Below, in pieces: positions 12,018-24,590 of a stretch of DNA of 64,000 bases. Every line of letters starts with the position of its first letter. Position 1 is the stretch's first letter. Below the pieces are notes generated by a model. It made no database searches. It saw only the letters and a list, made by a program, of their open reading frames with translations, and had not been told where the DNA came from. Origin of the DNA: Bispira polyomma (taxonomy: Eukaryota); contig OZ287748.1 of assembly GCA_965649765.1 (NCBI GenBank), positions 104,842,001-104,906,000 on the forward strand, in the 5' to 3' direction. The translations under genes were made by a program, and so were the position numbers.

Positions 12018-13967
12018 CTATTTAAATTTAACAATACCTGCCTCACATAAACCTCGTGTCAGAAAATACAAAAACATCAGAAAAATCAATATAAATAAAT
12101 TTACAAATGACATCCTGGAAACAAATCTCATCACAACAAAGAAATTACTACAACTCTGACTACGTCTGGTATTGTAGGAACTACTGTAAGTGGAAAGATA
12201 TGGGGCAAAATACTTTGGAAACCCAGTGTGGACAAACTTATAAACAAGTGTAGCTGTCTTAAACACTGAACGCTGTTCAACAGGGAGCCAATGCAATTTC
12301 TTAAGAACATGAGTTATACTAGTGTATCGACTGGTGTTTGGCACAATTCTAGCTGCACTATTTTGAATGCATTGTAATTTGCATAAATTAAACTTTGAGA
12401 GACTCCTGAAAAGTGAATTGCAGTAATCCAGTCTACTACTGACAAAAGCATTGGCCACAAGTATAGAAGCATCATAAGTGAGAAACCATCTGACACGTCT
12501 AAAGTCACGGAATTGCATAAAACAGCTTTTGCAGACACTCTGAACGTGTTTAGAGAAAGAAAAGTCAGAGTCAAACCATACACCCAGGTTCTTGACAGAA
12601 TCAGCTGGACTGAAAGGGCTACCCAGGATGTCAACTGGAAACAATGCTTTCAACTTATCCCTCTGTTGTTTTGAGCCAAAGATTATGAACTCAGTCTTGT
12701 CGGGATTAAGTTTGAGTTTACCAGTTGACATCCACTCTTTCACATCGTCAAGGCACCTGTTCAACTGTTCAAAGGCAGTAGATGTATTTTTATTGGATAG
12801 ATGCACATAAATTTGGGTGTCATCTGCATAAAAATGAAACTTTATTCCTGTGTATTTGCCAATAACCAATCTGAGAGGAGCAGTATATAATGAGAACAAC
12901 AGAGGGCCCAAAACAGAACCTTGAGGGACACCAAACAAGAGTTTATAAAGATCGGACAGAGTAGAGCCAATTTTTATCAACTGATAACGATCAGTTAAGT
13001 AGGAAGTGAACCATTTAAGAACAGAGCCCGTAACTCCAAACCAAGTCTGAAGACAACTGAGAAGCGTGGAATGATCAATGGTGTTAAAGGCAGCAGAGAG
13101 ATCGAGCAATACCAGGGCAGTAGGTTCCCCTCTTGACAAAGATAGGTAAACTTCATTTTTTATAGACAGAAGAGCTGTCTCAGTCGAATGACCAGTTTTA
13201 TACGCAGACTGGTATGGGTTGTCTAAGTCGTGGACAAAGATGTGATCTAACAGTTGCCTAGCAACCACGCGTTCAACCAGTTTTGATATGAAACTAAGAC
13301 CAGATACAGGGCGATAATTCTTTAGGTCATCAACCAGAAGAGAAGCCTTCTTAATAAGACGAGTAACCACAGCTGTTTTAAAACTATCAGGTATATGTCC
13401 CTCCGTAAGTGAGCAGTTTACAAGTTTTGTAATGGATGGTAGTAATATATCACTACATTCTTTAATAAGAGATGTTGGCCATGGATCCAACATGCAGGAT
13501 TTTGTAGGCGAGTTACTTATTATTTTACTAACATCATCTTCAGAGACTCTGGTAAAGGCAACAATTTCTGGATGATCAGAAAGAGGATGAACATCAATTT
13601 TAGTTCCAGAGACAACAAAAGTATCTCTAATTCTCTTAATTTTGTCCGAAAAAAGGGAAGCAAACTTATCAGCTAGTGATTTATCAGAATCATGGGACGG
13701 GAGTGCCACATTGGTATCCATATTAAGGGTCTTGCGCAGTTCGTGCCACAGCTTCCTGGAGTTGTGACTGTTGTCAGAGATAAGTTTGCTGTAATACACC
13801 GACTTATCCTCGTTAACAAGTACATTGCACCAAGCAATCTGGCGACGTAGTCGACTTCTATTTAGTGGATTCTTGGCCCTTCGCCAAGTTCTTTCATATT
13901 GGCCCCTGAGAGATTTTGCCCGTCGGTAAGAATCAGAGAGCCAATGCACAGAATCTTTCTTTGACAT
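12018..13967 (-). CDS. Non-LTR retrotransposon reverse transcriptase ORF (649 aa; last ~37 aa are read-through into the antisense outer LINE)
   Basis: Longest ORF in the window, with complete RT motifs including YADD. Confidence 0.85.
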   Translation of the reverse strand: MSKKDSVHWLSDSYRRAKSLRGQYERTWRRAKNPLNRSRLRRQIAWCNVLVNEDKSVYYSKLISDNSHNSRKLWHELRKTLNMDTNVALPSHDSDKSLADKFASLFSDKIKRIRDTFVVSGTKIDVHPLSDHPEIVAFTRVSEDDVSKIISNSPTKSCMLDPWPTSLIKECSDILLPSITKLVNCSLTEGHIPDSFKTAVVTRLIKKASLLVDDLKNYRPVSGLSFISKLVERVVARQLLDHIFVHDLDNPYQSAYKTGHSTETALLSIKNEVYLSLSRGEPTALVLLDLSAAFNTIDHSTLLSCLQTWFGVTGSVLKWFTSYLTDRYQLIKIGSTLSDLYKLLFGVPQGSVLGPLLFSLYTAPLRLVIGKYTGIKFHFYADDTQIYVHLSNKNTSTAFEQLNRCLDDVKEWMSTGKLKLNPDKTEFIIFGSKQQRDKLKALFPVDILGSPFSPADSVKNLGVWFDSDFSFSKHVQSVCKSCFMQFRDFRRVRWFLTYDASILVANAFVSSRLDYCNSLFRSLSKFNLCKLQCIQNSAARIVPNTSRYTSITHVLKKLHWLPVEQRSVFKTATLVYKFVHTGFPKYFAPYLSTYSSSYNTRRSQSCSNFFVVMRFVSRMSFVNLFILIFLMFLYFLTRGLCEAGIVKFK

Positions 13968-14858
13968 TCTGGATACAAGTGGTGCATGCTTATCTAGTAC
14001 ATCACCAAGTCATGTATGTATTGTTCATAAAGTTTGGCTACAGAATTGGCAGGTGACTTAATAAAGGAAGTACTCTCAAGATCAGTACGGAGGTCAGACA
14101 TGTTAATACGGTGGTACCTCCTATAATGCACTGTATTAGGAATATGAGCCACTTGTGGGGGAGAGGCAATTGAGCATTTGACTAATGCATGATCCGATAT
14201 GAAATCACAGACTTTGACATCCACAATAGCATCCTGATCACAAGGAGATAAAATAAGGTCCAGAATGTGACCATGCAGATGGGTAGGTTGTCTAACTAAC
14301 TGTTTTAAATCACATGAATCAAGAAAGGTCATAAATTTATGACCGTCACCAACTGGTGCATCAACATGGATGTTAAAGTCACCACAGATATGATATGAAC
14401 TGTTAATGGAAGACAAGAAACCAACAAAAGACATAAATTTTTCTAAAAAAATTACAGGTACATGATCCTGGGGGGCGATAGACGCAGGCAAGCAACAGTG
14501 CGCGACCATGAAGCCCAATTGAAACCACCATATTTTCAAAGGATTGATAGACAGGAGAATCTACTTTATTTGGTTTGTAGGAGGATCTGATGAAGAAACC
14601 AACACCGCCACCAATACGTGAGGGATGAGGAGTTTGAGGAAACACAAAATCTGGAGGAGTAACAGACCGTAGGAAGCTATCCGTATCAGATAGACGGACA
14701 TGGGTCTCAGTAACACAAAGGAAGCCGAGGTCGTGCGATGTCACAATATCTGCAAGGAGTGGACCCTTGTTCCTCACGGATCTAGCATTTAACACCCCGA
14801 GCATGACAGGACCAGGGTTAAGGGACACATCGCCTGCGAGTAAAAGTAACAAGACAAG
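12132..14858 (-). mobile_element. CR1/L2-type LINE (inner), APE+RT, well preserved but lacking its 3' end
   Basis: ORFs 14852-14403 and 14539-13994 encode APE (LNARS, VTET, GDFN, SDH). ORF 13967-12018 encodes RT (NYRPVSGL, LDLSAAF, GVPQGSVLGP, FYADDT). Two frameshifts. Homology stops at ...TRRSQSCSNFFVV. Confidence 0.93.
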
Positions 14859-17305
14859 ATCTCTTCCATTAACAAGGATAATCCCAAAATTCTACATCGA
14901 ACATCAGAGAAAGTTTTCCCCATAAACCACTGCCTTACTTTTATAGCTGAAAAATTTGGAAATTTTTTTTTGAAAAAATCAGCAACATTTGTGACGCCTT
15001 CCCAATGATACATCACTTCAATCCTCCAGCCCCAGTGTACAAGGTTTGTAACCTGTTTCATTTCAGTACACTGTCAGAGCATGAAGTTCTGAAACTCATC
15101 AAATCCTCTTCTATTAAATCTTGTGAATTAGATCCCATCCCAGCAGTTATTCGAAATCATTGTCTTGACATTCTAGTCACACATAACAAACATATTAAAC
15201 TTTTCTCTTTGAGATGGTGTTTTTCCCACCTGTTTCAAGACGGCAAATGTAACTCCCTTGATTAAAAAACAAGGGCTTGATAAAAACCAGCTCAAAAACT
15301 ACAGACCGATGTCAAACCTCAGCTTCGTCTCAAAAGTCATCGAGAAAGCTGTAGCTCAACAAATTTCTGACCATCTTAATAGACAAAACATTGAAAATCG
15401 CCACCAGTCTGCCTATAGAAAATTTCACTCTACAGAAAGTGCCCTTTTTTCCATCAGCAATGATATTAATCTTGCACTGGACTGCAACGACACAGTGGCC
15501 CTCACCCTTCTGGATCTCTCAGCTGCATTCGACACTATTGATCATGTCCTGCTCTGCGACACTCTCAAGCAGTGGTTCGGTATAAATAGCAGTGTTCTTA
15601 AATGGATCAGATTCTACCTTACTCTTAGGACACAAAGAATTAAATTAGATGATCACCTATCATCTTCCATAAAGCTACCATATGGAGTACCCCAGGGATT
15701 CGTCCTTGGCCCTCCACTTTTCACCCTTTATACACATCCTCTCAGCACTGTCATCAATAAACACAATATAAAACACATGTATGCAGATGACACTCAAGTC
15801 TATCTCTCTCTCAATCCACAAAATGCAAATACAAACATAGACCTACTTGCAGACTGTCTGTCTGATGTCCAGCTGTGGATGAACTACTCCAAACTAAAAC
15901 TTAACCCTGACAAAACAGAATTCATCCTCATAGGAAACAAGAAAAACAGTGAACTCCGAAAATCTTTGTTTCCCATCTCCCTGCTGGGAAAGACATACTA
16001 CCTTCCGAAAATGCCAAAAACCTGGGTGTCACTTTTGATTCAGCTTTTTCGTTCGATACTCATATTGCCAACATCTGTTGCTCCTGCTACTACCACATAC
16101 CCGACATCAAAAGAATCAGAAACCACTTGTCCATGGACACAGCGATAACTGTGGCAAATGCCCTTGTGAGTAGCCGCCTCGACTACTGCAATTCTCTCTT
16201 GTACGGAGCAGCTAAGTCACACATTAAAAAGCTCCAGTCCATCCAAAACTACCTATGTAGGATCATTTTTCGCCTGGGTTGTCACACAGACGTCACTCCT
16301 TACCTCAAAAAATTTACACTGGCTGCCCATTAACTCTCGCATTTTGTTCAAGATTCACGTTACTACTTTTAAGGCTGTAGTCACTCAACAACCCCCTACC
16401 TTGCCTCCCTTCTTTCCTTCAGTAACCGCAAGAGAGGCAACAGATTCTCCGTCACTTCGGTCAGACCAATCAGAAAGGCGGGATTCAGAGTGATCACCAC
16501 TGCAGCTCCACGGTTATGGAACAGTCTCCCAGTCGACCTCAGATCAGTTACCACACTTATCGGTTTTAGAAAAAAGCTTAGAACCTATCTTTTTAATCTT
16601 GCCTACCCACCTTAGCTTCCCTCGTGCACACTCTCACTTCCTTCCTTTCGACTTTTCAATGTCCATGGACTCAATGATTGGACCAATTATTCTGCTGTTG
16701 CGTTTTAGAAGATGCCTAGCATCAATAACAATTTACTCTCTTGCCTTATTCTCCTCTGAATATCAATATTAAACAATGCTGAAATACCTATGTCAACAAG
16801 GGTCATCATAGTGGATCTGTCATTCGTCGAAGTAAGGTGACACTGTCTCAAGTATAATGCCCCAATAAAGCCAGATTCACAAGGCAAGGTTACGGAGGCC
16901 CCGAGAAAGGTTAGTGTAGTATGGGAAACACATGAAATGACAAGACAATGTAAAATTCATTTGGGCTTTATTACATAATACAATTATACTGTAATAATCC
17001 CCCCCCCTTAGAGTCACCTAAAGTTCCGGCCAAACGCCCACTTTTCTACTTTAAGGTGACCTTAACGTGGAGGTTTTTTTTATAAATATATTTCTAATTT
17101 CTAGTTACTACGTTTCTACTTGCTACCTTATTAAACCCTTTCAGATTAAGGGGACCACAATTTGAGGTCATTCAGCCGCGTTTCGGTAGTTATGGTGACC
17201 TTAACTTGAGGAGTTTCATTTACTGTTTACTAGTGCACTAAAATATGAACACAATTTGTATAAATGTATATATGTATAAAACTAAGAAACACTAAGAACC
17301 CCATT

Positions 17306-17497
17306 TTAAGCCCAGAGCCAGGCCTTACACTAAGAAAACTTAAGAAAAAGAAAAAACATAAATATTGAGCCTCGTAAAGGCTGAGACTCCAGAGGGGTTA
17401 TTACATCACACCGTTCCCAGCTCTGGGATGAAAAACATTATATAGAGAAGTACTGGGAGGGCGGGATTTTTGTGTTCCACCTACAAGACTAAACTAA
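17306..17497 (-). repeat. Dispersed repeat family B, copy 2
   Basis: Inverted match to 7953-8107. Contains the palindrome TGAGCC-N7-GGCTGA. Confidence 0.85.
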
Positions 17498-17634
17498 ATA
17501 TGAAGCCTCTTAGGGCTTGTTTACCAGAACTCCAGGTTTTTGGCTGGAAACCATTGTGGTCTGCCTAATAAGTATAATTGATAGGTGACCCCATTTATGG
17601 TTGACACTGTGTTTACTGGTGTCCTCATTTGTGA

Positions 17635-17891
17635 GGGGTCACGGTGGCCTAGTGGTTAGCAAGCATTGCGCTTCACAATCACTGGTCTCTCACCTCTGGG
17701 CGGTGTGAGTTTGAATCCCGTTGATGCCTATGTGGGAAAGGTGGTAGTTCCTTACTGTGGGCCGCTGGTTTCTCTGCAGAACCTTGACCGACTGTATGCA
17801 GTGTTTCCTCCAGCGTTTCCAACTACCCGTCCCATTATAACCTACTAAAAGGTACTAGAGAGGACGTTAAATATCCAAATTCAAATTCAAA
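17635..17891 (+). mobile_element. tRNA-derived SINE, full length
   Basis: A-box GGTGGCCTAGTGG, B-box-like GAGTTTGAATCC and (CAAATT)n tail. 14-bp TSD TGTCCTCATTTGTG (17620-17633, 17894-17907). Confidence 0.95.
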
Positions 17892-19639
17892 CATGTCCTC
17901 ATTTGTGGGTGGCCTTTTGTTGGCAGCAAAAAGGCCTCTTATATGTTTATCTGTATAAAGCCACTTGGGCAACTGAGACCTGATGCTTGCCATAATGCAC
18001 CCATTCAACTTAATATGGGATGCATCCATGACGTAATACTCGTGGCATGTTGTTTAGAAGTGGTTGTTGTTAACAATTCTCAATAAATTTATTAAATTGT
18101 TGTTCTAACACCCAATACTTAGGTTTTAGAATAAAAGGTGAGCAATTGTGTTGACTTGTCTGAATACCAAATTATTGACACAAGGAATTATGTTTGTGGC
18201 TATAATGACAAAATTGTATTGAGAAACTGACCTGTATAGGGAGATTATGGATAAAACACTTGTACACATGTTAAAAGGGGTTATTTAATACTTTAAAACA
18301 ATTATACATACACTGCTACATTTTAACGGTGAAAAGAGCTCTTGGAGCAGCTTGGGCCACATTAAACCCCCACCCCTTCCCAAAAGGTAATCAATCTGTC
18401 AGGGGGAAAATGAAACATAAACACTAATCATCTCAGTTTTTTTAGCATGGGTTGTACAACACTCTCATCAACATGCATTTCCACACTAACGGCTCATTCA
18501 CATTCTACTGAATACAGATTTATCAAGGAATTTGACAATATACACAAAACCGAATTTTATAAACTTGCAATACATACAAAGCCAAATTTAGTATCAATGT
18601 CAAGGTTATTTCTATTAGGATACCAATTATGAACATCCTACTTAAACAGTAAAGGCCACAGAAAGTGTTGAGTTGTGGTTAAGTCCAAATTTGAAGACAA
18701 AGCAGTGACCACTGAAGTTAACCTCAAAGCCAATTTTTTTAATGAAATATCATGTCAAGGTTACTTCTTTTAATAATATACCAAATACAAAATGTTTAAG
18801 TCCAAATACTAACTTCAACCCCTTTAAAGGTCAACCGTACACTCACAAAATTATAACTCGTACAGGGGGATATTTCTGTTGTACAGAATAAGTTTATATA
18901 ACACATAAAATTATTGTTATTCTCAATATAAATTTTCTGTCAATCAATGTAAATATTACTTCACTATTGAATTGACATGGTTATGAATATATGATTGTTT
19001 CAAATGTCAAAAAATAATAGACATATATGTATAATGCATAAGATCTTGCACAATGAAGGTTCACATGGTTTATTTCTTTCTTTTAATTTTTATGTCTATG
19101 AATATAGGATTAAAATTAGCACCGATATTATCGCACTACAGCAGAACATAGAATCTTTGAGTGAAAACATTCGAGTTCCATTTTACAATACTGGTATATA
19201 TGTGAGTTGTGCAGTTGTATCACTCTGTAGACTGTGCACACACAACCAGTGCCCTGACCTTGAGTTAAAGATTGACCTCAAATAAGAGAACAGTTGGGAT
19301 AATATATTTTTATCTACTTCTACACATACATATGAATTGATAAAATAGTTTTATAGTAAATAAGACCACATTAGTAAGATAAAAATAACCTTAGTCTAAG
19401 TTACATTAAGTGTGGCTTGAGTTCGGCAAGGTTTAAGGTGAACGTAAATTAAGATTCTTGAGTTTACTATTACTGAATTTAAGGTAACCTTAACATTTGA
19501 TATTACATTATTTAAGACTGGCCTTAGCCTTACATTTATTTTTAAGGCTACCATAAAGTTTTGACTATAACCATCACCAAGTTCATTCCAAAGATCTGTA
19601 AGGTCATTATCCAAGAATATAAGGAAAAAACCCTGGCCT

Positions 19640-20355
19640 GCCAAACCACCCCCACAGACTGGCTGAAACTGGAAGAAGTGTACAGAAACCGATGGAACAT
19701 CCCTCACGCTGTGGGCTCCATTAACAGAAAGCATTAGCCATCAAGTAACCTGCAAAGGCTGGCAGTGAATTTTTCAACTATAAAGGGTTTCATTTGATAG
19801 TGCTGTTAGCCCTGGTTGATGCTGACTACAGATTTGTTTGGGGGGACATTGGCTGCTGTGGTTCCTGTTCTGACGTTCAAATTTTAAACAATTCAGAACT
19901 GAAAGAAAAGTTAGAAGACGGATCCATCGGGCTGCCCAGATCTGCACCACTGTTTGAAGGATCCAGATGTGATGTCAACTACTTCCTACTGGGGGACGAT
20001 GCCTTTACCCTGAAGTCATGGTTGATGAAACCGTATTCCAGGAGAAAACTGACAAACTAGCAAAAGATATGCAACTACAGAATGCCTTTGGAATATTGGT
20101 CAGCAGGTTTAGGCTTCTACTGACAACCATGCAAGAACATCCTCTGGTGGCCTCAAACCTAACTTTAACGTGTGTTATATTACGCAACATCCTAAGAGCC
20201 GCTGTGGGGACCCAGCACTGGAGCACCCTGAGGAGCAGCTGGTAGGAGATCAACCGGACCATGAAAGCAGAAATGCATCTAGAGGGGCAAAAGAGCAAAG
20301 GGGCACTTTGATGGACAACTTCATGAATGAGGGGGCAGTCCCAATGGCAGAATGA
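19640..20355 (+). pseudogene. Harbinger (HARBI1-like, DDE_Tnp_4) transposase, C-terminal half
   Basis: FFNYKGFH / IVLLALVDADYRFVWGDIG..GSCSD...LLGDDAFTLKSWLMKPY / NAFGILVSRFR...CVILRN. Frameshifted. Confidence 0.9.
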
Positions 20356-21322
20356 CAGAATATTAAGTTTAACCTGAGCCTAACCACCTGAGCCAGATGG
20401 GAAGCCACCCCAAGCCTGAGATGTCAAATTAGCTGTAACCAAAAAGGTTCTTTTCAGGACCACCCAAATATTTCAAGAACAATTACAAAATCACCTCTCA
20501 CCCCCTTACACAATCACATCTCACAAACAGACTCTATAAACTTGAAACCCAGTACCCATACATGTAATATTTTTGGCCCCACCATAGAAACATAGCAGGT
20601 ACCAACCAAACAAGAAATACGTTTGAAAGAAACACTGTTGAAAGAAACCCTTTATTGAAACAGATTCGAACCCATGCAAGGTCTTTCACTGACATTATAA
20701 ATTTATACTGTGGGTCCACCATAATATATACCCTAAAGATTCCCCAGCAATAGATAGTTCATGGCCCATTCAGTGTTCTTTAATTTTGTCATCTGTGTGG
20801 CCACTTATTTGGGAACAAAACTGGATTCAAACTATAAAAGTGGTGTGACCACTTGTTTTAAAGAGGAATATCTCAGGAATTTATTTATTTTGTCTATGAA
20901 AAACTCTTTCTATTGCACAACTGTCAAAATATGGAGTTATACAGAGTTGCTCATTTCTTTTTTGTTTCTAAATCATTTTTTTTTCTCTTGTAATTTAAAG
21001 AAAAATTGGTTATGGAAATAGGGGCTTTTTCTCTCAATTTGGTAATTATTTGAGCTTTCTTTATTTCTGTTACTGGGAGATTTACTTTTATTTAATTTCT
21101 ACTTTCGGGTTTGAACACTGGGCCAGTGGTTTATAAGGTATGTGTTTGTGTATGCCTTTTTAAGTGGGGACAGTATAATCTGTTTGTTTCAGATTTATTT
21201 TTAGGTTTGAACTCTGGGCCAGTGGTTTATAAGTTCTGTGTGTATGTGCGGGAATTTTTCCGAGCTGCTGTTGTTGCTGGTTGCAAAGTTGTTGAACGTG
21301 CTTAATGTGATGGTTTCTGTTC

Positions 21323-22672
21323 CTAGCTGCTGCTGCTGATCACACACTGGAGTTGAAACAAGTCCTGGGGGGTGGGGCTACTGATCTGATCATATCCAAA
21401 GTCTTGGGGAATTTCCTGGTACAATTGTTTGAAAAATTTGGAAATTGAAGAAGTGTTGTTATGAGTCGAGTCTTCAAATGTAGTGGAGGCATTCACTAGG
21501 GAACTGTTTAATGGGTGAAGGGCTAGCAATCTTTACCTTTGTAGTACTTCATGACTTCATCCAAAATATAGTATGTAAGCGGCTTCTGACTCTGCAATAC
21601 ATGCTGCGGCCCAGCCTGAAACGTAGTAGCGGTATCCAACAAAAGAACTGAATGCTGTGGAGGATGCTGAGGCTGCTGCAGAGGTATCTGCTGGGGAATG
21701 TAACTTGAAATGGGCCCTCTGAACTGCTTGAAATTGGAAACTGTTCTCACAAAAGCACTAGTACAGGACTGACTTCTCTCACGCTGAATCATGCTGAGGG
21801 TTGCGAATGTCTCATTGCGAAAGTTCTGGAATTCCCCCTCGTCTAGCTTCTAAGCTTCTGCTGCCAGGTACTTGAAAAAAAACCGGCACCGCTTCAACTG
21901 GGGCTTCTCTGTCTTCTGGCTCTCTCCCACAGAGCTTGACATCATGGTCCTCATGTGTCCTAGGTGTTCAATCAGCTGAATGTTAATATCTCAGCCCTAA
22001 TGGGGTGGAGTACTTCTCTGGATACTCCTCATACGTATCTCTGTGGCACTGTCTCCGCCAATACTGGAACACCTTGACAAGTCATGCACCTCTGCCTGAT
22101 GCTGTGGGGAAGCTCCCTGTGTGGATGTGACAGTTGGCTTGAAAGCCAACGACTTGACATGACGCACTATGTGCAAGCTGAGAAATGAAAGAGGCTAAGG
22201 AGCCAGTTCTCCCTCTCTGTGAAATCTGGGGCTCCTTGTCCTGAATTTAACGTGCCAAAGCGTGTATGTTGGGATTCGAACCAGGTCTTGACATCGGCCA
22301 TCTTGAGGGAGCGACTGGTGTTAAACTCTTCCCAGAGCCTCTCCTTTAGAGATCTGTCTTTGAACTGTTAATGTCGCTTGTTGTATAACACCTGGTTATC
22401 CGGACGAAATCCACTACGGCCTCCTCATCTGCTTTAGTCAGTATCACATGGACCATCTTTCCAGCCTTCTTTACACAGCCTTTTCCCTCTATACTGGGAC
22501 AATTCCAACTATCACTCTGGTCACTGGGTGCTGGACTTGCCATCTGATCCTTGTTTTTTCTCTGTCCTTCAATCTCATCTGATGAAACTCCAACATCAAA
22601 CTCCCTCTCTGTCTTCTTCCTCTTCTCCTTCTCTGTCTCCATCTTCCTCTTCATTCTCTTTCCTCTTGGCAT
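21323..22672 (-). pseudogene. Harbinger Myb/SANT(MADF)-like gene
   Basis: Basic N-terminus MPRGKRMKRK, then LTKADEEAVVDFVR...WFESQHTRFG...SGQGA..TERENW and a Q/P-rich tail. Frameshifted. Confidence 0.7.
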
Positions 22673-24539
22673 TATTAAAATTGTGTATATAAAAAAAACC
22701 TAATTGTAAAATAAGCTCAAATACCTAGAATATTAAAAACAAAAAAAAGCCTCTCTACTGAAAACAAAACACGTAGTGCCAGCCAGCAATCTACAAATAC
22801 AACGAGTCTTGCACTGATGGGATGTTTTACCCAAACACCCCTGACAAGCCTAAGTTACATATTATTGGTGGGGAGTCGATACGTCACATCCTAATGGTTG
22901 TAAGTTTGATCATATACTCCCCCGTTTGATCGTTTAGCTTGCCCGGCAGATCCTATCGTCAATATGTTCTGTCCTACTCTGGCCAGTTTGATCCGGGTTA
23001 AAAAAGTATCAACTCCAAGTTCTGACAGGGTGACAGTAAGTTTGATTGGGGCGCAATACATTAGATCGGGATCTGAGTAAGTTACATCTTACTACTGGCC
23101 CTTTCTATTTGACCAAAAATGGGGCAATTTCGAGTAAGATAGTACCTATCAGACAGAACGTATTGACAATACAATGAAACGTATTCATCAATACAATTTT
23201 GAGTTCCGGGGAGGTAAGTCAGGGTACTTTTGAAAATATTCAACATGTTGAATTTTCTTCCCGACCTTCACAACCACCCTGTTTTTTGCTACTAGACCTA
23301 TACAGACACGCCCGGACCTCAAAATCGGGAAGGTCAAGGACCAATTCGGCATAGTGGAACCACCATTTAAAATCTGAAACATATTATTTTGCATTCATGC
23401 AACTGTAGTTGAATACTTTGTTCTATATATATTCATTTTACATCTGTCTAAAAATTCAAGAAAATATATATTTGTACCTTTTGATCTGCATTCATTATTG
23501 TGCCATTTACCATATATTATAAATAGATTAGTAATATCAGATTTCCACCTTTATCTGGTTTGTTCTTACCAAATAATACTTCACAAATTGTCAAGTTTCG
23601 GTCATAGGTCCATGTCTATGTAATCCAAGTTTCAAAATGTTCCCAGAATTCCTTACCGCATGAGAAGAAATAAAACCGATGTTCAAGAGTGTCTACGTGG
23701 GTACAGTAATTGCAGGATCGTGTTTCTTTAATTTTACATTTATATCAATTGAAATTAGTGTTAAATGTTCGGTTCACCATTTGACAATCTTCAGTGTATT
23801 ACTTTATTCTTATTTTTACATCATTATGAATTTGAATATCTTTAATGTGGCCTTATCCCCTTCTCAACCATGAATTTGCAATTGCCCTGCAAATGATGTT
23901 ACAAATAAGAATATTCATATTCCATTTCATTAAGTTCTTAACCTGACAGAAACTTAGTAGTTGAACATTTGAATTGGGTAAGTCTTTTATTGTTACACTT
24001 TTTATACTCTCTTTAATAATTTTTTACAATTGAGAATTCTATTTGAACATATGTAAATATTGTCAAAAATATATTCATTTAAAATTCTTCCTGTATTTAC
24101 TTTCTTTGTAACTTTGGATTGAGTGGTACAATCAATTTTAGTTTGGTGAAAGTCTAGAAGCCTGCACTATTATAGGTCATATGGTAATATCTTTGTTATT
24201 TGTTGACCTATTTATACTGGTGGTCAAAACTCAGAGGTTTGTGCCTCTTCAGTATTGAAAAAGGTTTATTGTGTGGTTAGCATTGAAAGGCTGCCAAGGG
24301 TGAAGGTCTGCATGGTTGTATAAGGTTTAAACCAGTTTTGTTTAATAATGTTTTGTCAGCACTTGAAAGGCTGCCAAATGTGGAGGTCCACAAAGTTGTA
24401 TAAAGTGTACATGGTATTAATCTACTTATGCCTTGTCAGCTGTTAAATATAATTCCTAGGTGATAACTAGCTCAGCTGGTCTGGTATACGGCCATACATC
24501 TAGCCATACAGCTAGCCTAAATGTTCATGGGGGGATTTC

Positions 24540-24590
24540 ACTCATTGGTTTTAATTTTTTTGGCCAGACGTTTGGCCTCTATATAAACTG
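24540..24590 (+). promoter_or_regulatory. Putative promoter of the YR retrotransposon (inverted CCAAT + TATATAAA)
   Basis: ATTGG at ~24544 and TATATAAA at ~24579, upstream of gag. Confidence 0.3.

Larger units (their letters stand above)
11330..16730 (+). mobile_element. CR1/L2-type LINE (outer), decayed and split by an antisense LINE
   Basis: The APE domain at 11345-12030 has AFNACSL, AAFSETW, GGGVG, LGDFN and ISDH. The element resumes at ~14858 with linker and RT (NYRPMSNLSFVSK, LLDLSAAFDT, GVPQG, MYADDT) and ends ...KLRTYLFNLAYPP* at ~16614. Frameshifted. Confidence 0.9.
19640..23370. mobile_element. Decayed PIF/Harbinger transposon B (transposase + and Myb/MADF -, convergent)
   Basis: Two-gene convergent layout with a repeat-rich subterminal region at 22800-23370. 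The right boundary is tentative and the left end is deleted. Confidence 0.75.

Noticed and set aside
12018-13967. Retron, group II intron or functional RT gene
   Set aside because: It is linked to an APE endonuclease with CR1/L2 motifs, has upstream frameshifts and lacks its true C-terminus.
17635-17725. tRNA gene
   Set aside because: It has A/B boxes but continues into a shared SINE body and tail with TSDs. The same holds for the other copies.
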